From NCBI GenBank assembly GCA_042584165.1, contig JBHOSY010000002.1:180-64179 (forward strand): DNA of 64,000 nt, read 5' to 3'. This DNA is from Bacteroidota bacterium (GTDB lineage Bacteria; Bacteroidota; Bacteroidia; Cytophagales; Cyclobacteriaceae). Of this stretch, positions 56,288 through 64,000 are shown one piece after another. The notes below the pieces were generated by a model. The model was given only the letters and a program-made list of their open reading frames with translations, was not told the DNA's origin and did no database searches. A program made the position numbers and the translations under genes. Numbering within the stretch: the first letter of the stretch is position 1; each line of letters starts with the position of its first letter.

Positions 56288-56887
56288 TTGAACATCCTTG
56301 CACACGCATTTCTTTCCAAGCATTCAACTCCTCTCATGATCGGAAATTTTATTGCCGATTTTGTGAAAGGTAATCAGTTCAAAAAATATGAGACAGGAAT
56401 TGCCAGAGGGATTATACTGCACAGATATATTGATGATTTCACGGATAAGCATCCTGTTTTTCTCAGAAGTAAAGACAGGATCAGGGAACATTACCGTCAT
56501 TACTCAGCAGTAGTTATTGATGTATTTTATGATCATTATCTTGCGCGTGATTGGAGTGAACATGCCGGGGGGGATCTGGAAGAGTTCACTGTTTGGGTAT
56601 ACAAGATACTTAAATCCCGTTTGGATGAATTCCCTGAGAAAGCCAGAATGGTTCTACCCTATATTGTTAAAGGAAACTGGCTTTTGAGGTATGCGGATAA
56701 AGATGGCATTGATCGCTCACTGAAGGGTATGGCAGCAAGATCCAGACACAACTCAGGTATGGAAAATGCCATTAATGATCTGAATCGTTACTACCAGGAA
56801 TTTGAAGAAGATTTCAGAGAGTTCCTTCCACAAATTACTGCCTTTGTAAAGGAAAAGGAAGGTATATTACAGGAAGGACTTATTTGA
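56288..56887 (+). CDS. acpH: Acyl carrier protein phosphodiesterase
   Basis: 199 aa with TTG start. MNILAHAFLS...GNFIADFVKG N-terminus is typical of AcpH (DUF479). Confidence 0.7.
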   Translation: MNILAHAFLSKHSTPLMIGNFIADFVKGNQFKKYETGIARGIILHRYIDDFTDKHPVFLRSKDRIREHYRHYSAVVIDVFYDHYLARDWSEHAGGDLEEFTVWVYKILKSRLDEFPEKARMVLPYIVKGNWLLRYADKDGIDRSLKGMAARSRHNSGMENAINDLNRYYQEFEEDFREFLPQITAFVKEKEGILQEGLI

Positions 56888-57030
56888 TTTCCTGGAAATA
56901 TCAGAAAAGCTGACAAATAATTAAATTACACAGTATGATTTATGAGTTGACTTTATATCTTCACTCAATTTTAACATTTAATAGACGCCATCTTTACCAG
57001 ATTATATGATTTTTTGAATAGTATTTATCC

Positions 57031-57495
57031 ATGGAATCACCAAGTGAAATACTTTATAAACAAATGACTATCGAGGAACTTGAAATAATCGATATCTCAA
57101 GCATCAATAGCCTGCTTTCCCAGCTAACTGAAAGAGAACATTCATTTACTTTAGATCAGTTCGGAGTGATTATAGAACGGGAGAATATTATTCAATTCTA
57201 TGCTTATCCTTCGGATAACATAACAAAAGTTGTAGGACTGCTAACTTTGGTTGTTTTTTATACACCTGCCGGAAGCCATGCGAGAATTGAGGATGTTGTT
57301 GTGGATAATGATTATCGAGGTAAGAGTATTGGCAGAATACTGACAGAAATGGCTATCGAGGAATCCCGGAATTTAAAAATCAAAGAAGTAGATCTAACAT
57401 CAAATCCACGTCGGGAGGCAGCGAATAGGCTCTATCAGAAAATGGGATTCGAGAGACGCGAAACAAATGTTTACAGATACATAAATGAAGATTAG
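57031..57495 (+). CDS. GNAT-family N-acetyltransferase
   Basis: VVVDNDYRGKSIGRILTEMA acetyl-CoA motif. The stop abuts the next gene start. Confidence 0.75.
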   Translation: MESPSEILYKQMTIEELEIIDISSINSLLSQLTEREHSFTLDQFGVIIERENIIQFYAYPSDNITKVVGLLTLVVFYTPAGSHARIEDVVVDNDYRGKSIGRILTEMAIEESRNLKIKEVDLTSNPRREAANRLYQKMGFERRETNVYRYINED

Positions 57496-58386
57496 ATGAA
57501 GATTAATCATTGGCTGGTTTACGCATTAGTTACAACACTTTTCTGGGGAGTATGGGGGGCATTTATTGAAATCCCGGAAAAAAACGGATTCCCGGCAACA
57601 TTAAGCTATACTGTATGGGCTTTTACCATGTTAATCCCTGCAGCTGTAGGATTATGGAAGTTAGGTTGGAAGATTAAGTTCACAACGAAATCCATCATAT
57701 TTGGCGGGGTGATTGGTCTGCTGGGAGCAGGTGGACAATTAATACTGTTAACGTCTGCCCTTATGGAGGGTCCGGCTTATCTTATTTTCCCTATAATATC
57801 TCTGTCACCGGTTATCACAATCATTATGGCCTACTTTCTGTTGAATGAGCGGGCAAACTATATCGTCTGGATCGGTATCCTACTGGCCTTGGCATCCATT
57901 CCATTATTATCATACATGGAGCCAGAATCATCCACAGCCAAAGGATTGTTATGGTTAGTTTATGCGCTGTTAATATTTTTCGCATGGGGTGTACAGGCCT
58001 TTTTTATGAAACTGGCTAATCAATCAATGAAAGCAGAAGAAATATTCTTCTATATGATGCTATCAGGGGTATTATTGATTCCGATTGCTTTATGGATGAC
58101 TGATTTTGATACAACCATAAACTTTGGATTCGATGGCATATACCTCGCTGCTATAATTCAAACCCTGAATTCTGTCGGAGCCTTGTGCCTTGTTTATGCT
58201 TTCAGGTACGGGAAAGGCATTGTGGTGAGCCCGATGACAAATGCTGTGGCTCCCTTATTAACTGTGGTAATTTCATTGATCATTTATCAGCATTTCCCAC
58301 ATAATATAGTCTTAATAGGGATGATACTGGCACTTGTAGCAACACTTTTCATTGCAATTGGTGAAGAATTTAAATCAAAAAGTTAA
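57496..58386 (+). CDS. EamA/DMT-family transporter
   Basis: 296 aa, ~10 TM helices with a two-fold internal repeat pattern. Confidence 0.75.
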   Translation: MKINHWLVYALVTTLFWGVWGAFIEIPEKNGFPATLSYTVWAFTMLIPAAVGLWKLGWKIKFTTKSIIFGGVIGLLGAGGQLILLTSALMEGPAYLIFPIISLSPVITIIMAYFLLNERANYIVWIGILLALASIPLLSYMEPESSTAKGLLWLVYALLIFFAWGVQAFFMKLANQSMKAEEIFFYMMLSGVLLIPIALWMTDFDTTINFGFDGIYLAAIIQTLNSVGALCLVYAFRYGKGIVVSPMTNAVAPLLTVVISLIIYQHFPHNIVLIGMILALVATLFIAIGEEFKSKS

Positions 58387-58410
58387 AAGAATTTTGCAGG
58401 AATTCTTTTC
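58386..58410 (+). terminator. Weak stem-loop terminator candidate
   Basis: AAAGAATT-TTGCAGG-AATTCTTT, an 8-bp stem overlapping the stop codon. The T-tail is poor. Confidence 0.35.
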
Positions 58411-58640
58411 AGTAGCATTTAGCAGTTAGATCAGGAAATTGGAGAACTGACAAACTCAAAGTGGACAATCATGAGAAGCATATCCAATCCGAATTAATCA
58501 GACAATAAGCTTCCTGATAAATTGAAAATATTTTTCTTACCTTAACGCTATAACCTGCGTATATTCGTATAATAAATATATTGTATATTCCGAATCATTG
58601 ATATAATGCACAAAAGGACTTTCACCTAAACCTAAAGTTC

Positions 58641-59408
58641 ATGAAATCTAAAATCATATTAACTACTTTGTTATCAGCAATAATTGTGTTGCCGATATTC
58701 AGCCAGCGGATGCCTGAAATACTGGCTATAAGGAATGTGGAAATTCAGGAAGATGTAGATGAAATAGCAGTACAGAATGCATATAAAGACCATACCAAGA
58801 AAATGACCTGGTATTTTCTGGGAAATTCAGCATTTCTCGGTAAAGGGAACAAAGGAGAAAGAGTAGATAAATATATTTTCCTGTGGGGTTTTGACCTGAA
58901 AGATCATAGGGATTACTATTATCCACCCGACAGTACCTCAGGCACAGCAGCGGCATTAGAGGCATGGGGGAAAATTGGTAGGACCGAATTACCATATATA
59001 AAGGAATCCCCAGCATATACAGATTACCAGCTGTTAGGATTCAGCAAAATGATAGATCCTCAACTCGGTGAAGTCGTAGCAATCAGGTATCCTGATATTA
59101 TCCCACAAAAAGAAAAAGAGTTTCAATCCCGCATTGAGAATGAGTGGTATAAAAAGTGTGAAAATCTCATTGAGGGCGTAGGCACATACTTTTATAAAGG
59201 AGATCGGGGAGAAAGAAAAGGAAAGTACATGCATGTTTTGACTATTGATACCTATGAAACCTACATCAAATTATGGAAAAAAGAGGGTGGGTATACAGAA
59301 GAAGGGAATAAGGTATTTGAACCAGTAAAAGAATTTCATGAAGAGATGATGAGCTATTTTAAAGAAGGTAGCTTTGGAACATATACTGATTACATAATTA
59401 TCAGGTAA
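58641..59408 (+). CDS. Hypothetical secreted protein
   Basis: 255 aa with signal peptide. No family recognised. Confidence 0.5.
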   Translation: MKSKIILTTLLSAIIVLPIFSQRMPEILAIRNVEIQEDVDEIAVQNAYKDHTKKMTWYFLGNSAFLGKGNKGERVDKYIFLWGFDLKDHRDYYYPPDSTSGTAAALEAWGKIGRTELPYIKESPAYTDYQLLGFSKMIDPQLGEVVAIRYPDIIPQKEKEFQSRIENEWYKKCENLIEGVGTYFYKGDRGERKGKYMHVLTIDTYETYIKLWKKEGGYTEEGNKVFEPVKEFHEEMMSYFKEGSFGTYTDYIIIR

Positions 59409-59506
59409 GGCACAAATGATATGCGATATTTGATGAGCGATTGACGAGTTGTGATTGAGTGTACCCCCTCCTAAATCACTATCCAAAAATCAAGTATCGC
59501 ATTTCC

Positions 59507-61123
59507 TTATTTTTCGTTGTATTTATCAATATACATCTGATCAAGTTCTTCAGAATCTTTGTATTTTATGCGTAATTCTGCGAGTTTCTTTTTCAATTCC
59601 ATCACAACTTCAGCATATGCAGGGTCGTCATATACATTCTTCATTTCCATAACATCCTTTTTACGATCGTATAATTCCCACTCATCAACGTCATAATAAA
59701 AATGGGCCAGTTTGTAATCTTCGGTTACAACGCCATAATGTCTTTTAACCATATGAACGGAAGGATACTCATAATAATGATAATAAACGGCATCCCTGAA
59801 TCCTTCTGTTTCACCTTTAAATAAAGGGATCAAACTTTCACCCTGCATATCTCCAGGTGCTTCGATTTCAGCAGCTGCTAAGAGCGTCTGTGCAAAATCA
59901 AGGTTCTGAACCATTTGAGTGTTTACGGCCCCGGGAGAGATAACACCAGGCCATCTAACCAGAAGAGGAGTCTTGAAAGATTCGTCGTATATGAATCGTT
60001 TGTCAAACCATCCATGTTCTCCAAGATAGAATCCCTGATCTGAAGTATAAACAACAACAGTATTTTGAGCTAAACCGGAATTGTCGAGATATTGTAATAC
60101 TTTGCCAACACCTTCATCAACTGCTGCAATACATCCCAGGTAATCCTGCATATATCGCTGGTATCGCCATTTCATCAGATCTTCCTGGGACATAGTCTTA
60201 TATTTCTTCTTGAATTCTTCATTCATCGGACCATAGACTTCATCCCATGCAGCCCGTTGCTCAGGTGTCTGACGTCCAACTTCGCGTTCGAATGCTCCCT
60301 TATCCCATCTGGCCGTCTGTGATATCCCAAGTTCATCCATCACTTCAGGATATATCTTGGAGTCACCGGCCCAGTTCATATGTGTTAATAAATTCATCTC
60401 AGCTTCTTTAGCTGCCGTTCCTCTTCCTTCATAGTCATCAAAAAGGGTTGCCGGCTCTTCAAATGTCATATTAATGAATTCTCTATAATGCCTTTGGGCG
60501 GGTAACCATTCACGGTGAGGTGCTTTATGCAAATACATTAATAAAAATGGTTTTCCCGGATCTCTATCTTCTTCAAGCCAGCTTAATGTCATATCAGTAA
60601 TAATATCAGTCGTATAGCCTTCTATCTTTATCTTTCCTTCATTTTTAGTAATAAAATCAGGATTATAGTATGTGCCCTGCCCTGGCAATATTTTAAACTG
60701 ATCAAATCCTTTTGGATTGTTTCCGAAATGAAGTTTCCCAAACATAGCTGTCTGGTAACCTTGCTGGTGAAGGATCTGGGGGAAGGTTACGTTGGTGGTA
60801 TCAAATGGAAACCGGTTATCAATCTTACCATTCAGATGGCTATGCTTTCCGGTCAGAAGAACGGCCCGGGAGGGAGCACAGATGGAATTAGTAACGCAAG
60901 CATTTGTAAATAACATGCCTTCATCTGCCAAACGGTCAATGTTAGGCGTTTTAATCAGTTTATCCGAATAAGCACTAATCGCCTGATAAGCGTGGTCATC
61001 AGACATGATGAACAGGATATTCGGTCGTGTGGAAACATTTTCCGCCGTTTCAGATGGCTTAAGACATGATATCAACGCGGTAGTTGTAACGATTATTAAT
61101 AAAAATAGATTTACCGTTCTCAT
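59507..61123 (-). CDS. Sulfatase (Cys-type)
   Basis: ILFIMSDDHAYQAISAY, CAPSRAVLLTGKH FGly motif and TSDQGFYLGEHGWFDKR block, with a signal peptide. Confidence 0.9.
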   Translation of the reverse strand: MRTVNLFLLIIVTTTALISCLKPSETAENVSTRPNILFIMSDDHAYQAISAYSDKLIKTPNIDRLADEGMLFTNACVTNSICAPSRAVLLTGKHSHLNGKIDNRFPFDTTNVTFPQILHQQGYQTAMFGKLHFGNNPKGFDQFKILPGQGTYYNPDFITKNEGKIKIEGYTTDIITDMTLSWLEEDRDPGKPFLLMYLHKAPHREWLPAQRHYREFINMTFEEPATLFDDYEGRGTAAKEAEMNLLTHMNWAGDSKIYPEVMDELGISQTARWDKGAFEREVGRQTPEQRAAWDEVYGPMNEEFKKKYKTMSQEDLMKWRYQRYMQDYLGCIAAVDEGVGKVLQYLDNSGLAQNTVVVYTSDQGFYLGEHGWFDKRFIYDESFKTPLLVRWPGVISPGAVNTQMVQNLDFAQTLLAAAEIEAPGDMQGESLIPLFKGETEGFRDAVYYHYYEYPSVHMVKRHYGVVTEDYKLAHFYYDVDEWELYDRKKDVMEMKNVYDDPAYAEVVMELKKKLAELRIKYKDSEELDQMYIDKYNEK

Positions 61124-61194
61124 TTGATTCTTATTTGATTATAAATATCGATGCACGAAGATAAATTATTATTGTTATTGATGAAATCCTGGGT

Positions 61195-61535
61195 TGGGTA
61201 TAATACAGGTAGATCCCTCCTACCATCGGTCGCCCAAGGCTTGCCGATGGCGAGGTGTCGGGATGGCAATTAAGTATATGAGGCTATATCAGAAGGTCAT
61301 TTCACGCAAAGCACGCAGAGATTTTCGCCAAGAACGCAAAGCGTAAACTGCTTACAATGAGCCCTTTGCATAACCCTGCCTGCCGGCAGGCAGGTTTGCG
61401 GTCACTTCCTGCCCGCCGTAGCGAAGAGCCTACATATGCAGGCGGGTGCGACCTCTGCGCGAACCTTATTTTAGGCTTTTAAGATGAACCCATAAAAATC
61501 ATCCTGTCATCCTAAGCGAACGAAAGATCTGCTTT
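61195..61535. repeat. Composite GC-rich intergenic island of short palindromic/REP-like motifs
   Basis: Contains the perfect 20-nt palindrome CCTGCCTGCCGGCAGGCAGG (61375..61394). Contains a TTTCACGCAAAG...CGCAAAG motif (61300..61343, also at 28673..28716). Contains GGCGAGGTGTCGG (61249..61261, compare 4407..4419) and GTCATCCTAAGCGAACGAAAGATCT (61506..61530). Confidence 0.55.
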
Positions 61536-61538
61536 TGC

Positions 61539-62639
61539 TTATTCAACCACCTTCAAATTTAGCTGGTCAAATTTTGCGATTAAAAAATCAGCAAACCGGA
61601 GAAATCCAAGATCCGTTAGATGAACCCCATCCACTGTTCCCTCATTATCCATTCCAATGGAACCTTCCGCTTCGATATAATAAAGATTACTATATCCCAT
61701 TTCTATAAGCTTATCATACTCTTCTCTTAAAGCAATGTTCTTTTCAATGAGTGCACTGCGCAATGATTCGTTAAGAAAAGATTTTGTGTATAAAAAGTTT
61801 TCAACAAAGACTATCGGAATATCGGATTGTTTATCACGGATTATTTTTGTCAAAGGGATCGTTTTCTCATGGATTATTTCGGGATTAACATTTGGCAAAC
61901 AATCCATTACATAAAATGAGGCATCTATTCCTGAGATTATTTCAGCAATAGGATCTTCCATCCTGCCATTGCCACTGAATCCGAAATTGATGCAGTCTAC
62001 ATCCATCTTCCTGGAAATTATGCTTGTATATACCATACCGGGCCGGGATGCACATCCACCCTGGGTGATGCTGGTTCCATAAAACACAATGGGTTTTGTT
62101 TTACTTTTATCCGGTTTTTTTATAGTACTTAACGAATCAATACCGATTTCAAGCTTTCGGACACCGTCGTACAATGGCAAGTACAGTTTATATTCACGCA
62201 TTTCCGGTGCCATACTCTCGATTAATACAAATTCATTCATTTCACCTGTAGGTCGTGCGGTATTTACATATCGCCATCCTGAATTAACTTTACTATAAAG
62301 ATCAATTCCTTTAATACCAGTTTGGGCCATATGATTCATGTTATTGTTGAATAATAGTTCCCATTTTACTTTGATAATAGGTGAATCAGAAAAGAACCTT
62401 ACCGAGATTCCAGCAGAATTCTTTGACAGATTCCATACAGGTTCCCGTACTTTATCCTTATAGGACAATGGCAACCTGTCATAGGTATCTTCCTTAACGG
62501 AATAATCAATACTTGTCCCCTCAATTAAAAAATACTCTTTACCAAAGTATTTGATATTATCTCCTTCAGAGATATTGTCCTGAGCAATCGCTGTGGTCGA
62601 TGCACCAATAATTAATATGATAATATAACGCCGGATCAT
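61539..62639 (-). CDS. SGNH/GDSL-family hydrolase (carbohydrate esterase-like, with N-terminal beta-sandwich)
   Basis: VFYGTSITQGG (block I Ser) and DGVHLTDLG (block V D-x-x-H), with a signal peptide. Confidence 0.8.
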   Translation of the reverse strand: MIRRYIIILIIGASTTAIAQDNISEGDNIKYFGKEYFLIEGTSIDYSVKEDTYDRLPLSYKDKVREPVWNLSKNSAGISVRFFSDSPIIKVKWELLFNNNMNHMAQTGIKGIDLYSKVNSGWRYVNTARPTGEMNEFVLIESMAPEMREYKLYLPLYDGVRKLEIGIDSLSTIKKPDKSKTKPIVFYGTSITQGGCASRPGMVYTSIISRKMDVDCINFGFSGNGRMEDPIAEIISGIDASFYVMDCLPNVNPEIIHEKTIPLTKIIRDKQSDIPIVFVENFLYTKSFLNESLRSALIEKNIALREEYDKLIEMGYSNLYYIEAEGSIGMDNEGTVDGVHLTDLGFLRFADFLIAKFDQLNLKVVE

Positions 62640-62711
62640 TTTTAGAACTTTAAAGATTAATAAATTATTATCAGTTGAAATACTGCCTTCTAAAATATTT
62701 AATGTCTGAAT

Positions 62712-64000
62712 TTAATTAGTTTTTGAAAGAATGAAATCATCGTCGGTCATATCAATCCACTCTTTGAGCATCTTCTTGTGATTTTCAATCACCAGTTTGT
62801 AATCAGGATCATCGATCAGATTATTCATCTCTCCCGGATCATTTGTTAAATCAAAAAGTTGTTCATTATTCTTCCCCAGTGAGTAGACATTGTATTTATA
62901 TTTTTCCGATCGGATCATCCTGCCTTTCCGACTACTATCTGGTTTGTAATCCGCTAATTCTACTATAAGATATTCACGCCATTTCGCGTTTTGATTCTCA
63001 ATGATACAGCGTAAACTACTACCTGTAAATTCAACATCTGTTTTTACATCTGCATAATCAAGAATGGTAGGAAGTATATCGATTTGTGAAACAAGATGAT
63101 TTTTATCAACCTGCATGGAAGGGATATGTGCCGGCCATTTCAGGATGAGTGGCACTTTGGATGACTCTTCATAAAGGCTCAATTTTGCAGCCCATTTGTG
63201 AGAGCCGGCACCATCACCATGATCAGATGTAAATACCACCAGTGTGTTTTCTTTTAACCCATTTCGATCCAGGGCATCCATTACTTTACCAATTTCAATA
63301 TCAACCATTTCTGTAAGTCTGCAATATGCGTTATAATAACCCCGCCACTCATTTTCATTAAATTCAAGATTAGCCAGTTTAGTTTCCATTCCATACTCAT
63401 CATGATCCATCCTTTTATCCTTTATAAAATCAGGTTCTTCATTGTGTGTTTCATGATTGAATGGCAAAGGTGGAAGTACATCTACCTGATCAGGATGTAT
63501 GCCTATTGGATCTGGTAATTTATGTTTAAAACCATAATGACGGATTTCCAACAGCGAATCATTTTCAGTAAACCATCCATCCTTCCTGGGATAGAAACAG
63601 ATATCATGAGGATTATGATAGCTAACCCCCATGAAAAATGGTTTATCACTATCGTAATTGTTTAAAAACTCTACGACAGCCTCAGTAAGTGGAGGATCAG
63701 TTTCTGCTCCCAACATCCAGCGATCTTTGTTTGGATCCCAGAAAGAGAGGAGATTAAATCCTTTTATTTCTTTTTCCTTTGCTTTCGCGCGCTGGGGATA
63801 ACTCTCTGGAAGATGCCATTTCCCAGCCCAGATGGTATTGTATCCAGCCTTTCTAAAAATCTCACCTGCATTTTCAACATCTTCTTTCATAATATCACCA
63901 TTCCATTCCACGCCTGTTTCATGTGGCATGCGACCGGATATGATACTGCTTCGTGCGGGACCACAAACCGGGGATGTACAGTAGGATTCCATAAACATGA
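62712..64000 (-). CDS. Sulfatase (Cys-type), N-terminus truncated by the window edge
   Basis: CGPARSS FGly motif only ~12 aa from the first in-window Met, and FTSDHGDGAGSHKWAAK block. The usual signal peptide and DD metal block are missing, so the gene continues beyond 64000. Confidence 0.85.
   Translation of the reverse strand, partial: MFMESYCTSPVCGPARSSIISGRMPHETGVEWNGDIMKEDVENAGEIFRKAGYNTIWAGKWHLPESYPQRAKAKEKEIKGFNLLSFWDPNKDRWMLGAETDPPLTEAVVEFLNNYDSDKPFFMGVSYHNPHDICFYPRKDGWFTENDSLLEIRHYGFKHKLPDPIGIHPDQVDVLPPLPFNHETHNEEPDFIKDKRMDHDEYGMETKLANLEFNENEWRGYYNAYCRLTEMVDIEIGKVMDALDRNGLKENTLVVFTSDHGDGAGSHKWAAKLSLYEESSKVPLILKWPAHIPSMQVDKNHLVSQIDILPTILDYADVKTDVEFTGSSLRCIIENQNAKWREYLIVELADYKPDSSRKGRMIRSEKYKYNVYSLGKNNEQLFDLTNDPGEMNNLIDDPDYKLVIENHKKMLKEWIDMTDDDFILSKTN

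Noticed and set aside
1-64000. Mobile genetic element, prophage or defence island.
   Set aside because: No integrase, transposase, recombinase, phage structural gene, restriction-modification gene, toxin-antitoxin pair, reverse transcriptase or cas gene could be recognised in any frame. Only gene relics and short repeats hint at past rearrangements.

Overview
This 64-kb chromosomal segment has Bacteroidota hallmarks: low GC by eye, Cys-type sulfatases, polysaccharide lyases, a TonB-dependent receptor, a Reg_prop propeller, ComEC, pta-ackA and little Shine-Dalgarno usage. I support about 52 CDS, one intact tRNA-Leu(CAA), several gene relics and several repeat families. The left third (about 2.5-23 kb) looks accessory. 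It holds a sulfatase, a PL8 lyase, a heparinase II/III-like protein and a DUF4838 protein. These are followed by a block of Tat/Sec-exported enzymes: IorAB-like Mo oxidoreductase, DUF362 protein, two paralogous amidohydrolases, a SelA-like PLP enzyme and a PIG-L deacetylase. The block is bracketed by diverged gene relics. The middle holds two tandem class III nucleotidyl cyclase-TPR genes with decayed 5' and 3' remnants, tRNA-Leu plus a disrupted 5' tRNA fragment, and housekeeping genes (phoH, comEC). It also holds a roughly 1.2-kb array of hairpin-bearing repeats around a DUF559 endonuclease gene. The right part is mostly housekeeping: TerB-ABCG transporter, ALDH, pta/hbd-like/ackA, a tightly coupled RPE-CBS/DAHP-synthase/KdsC-like operon, E2, cinA, paaN-like, acpH. 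It ends in a second sulfatase/SGNH esterase cluster. I saw no integrase, transposase, CRISPR/cas, reverse transcriptase or recognisable defence gene. All functional calls rest on motif recognition in the supplied translations, with no database search, so the pathway-level ideas are inference.
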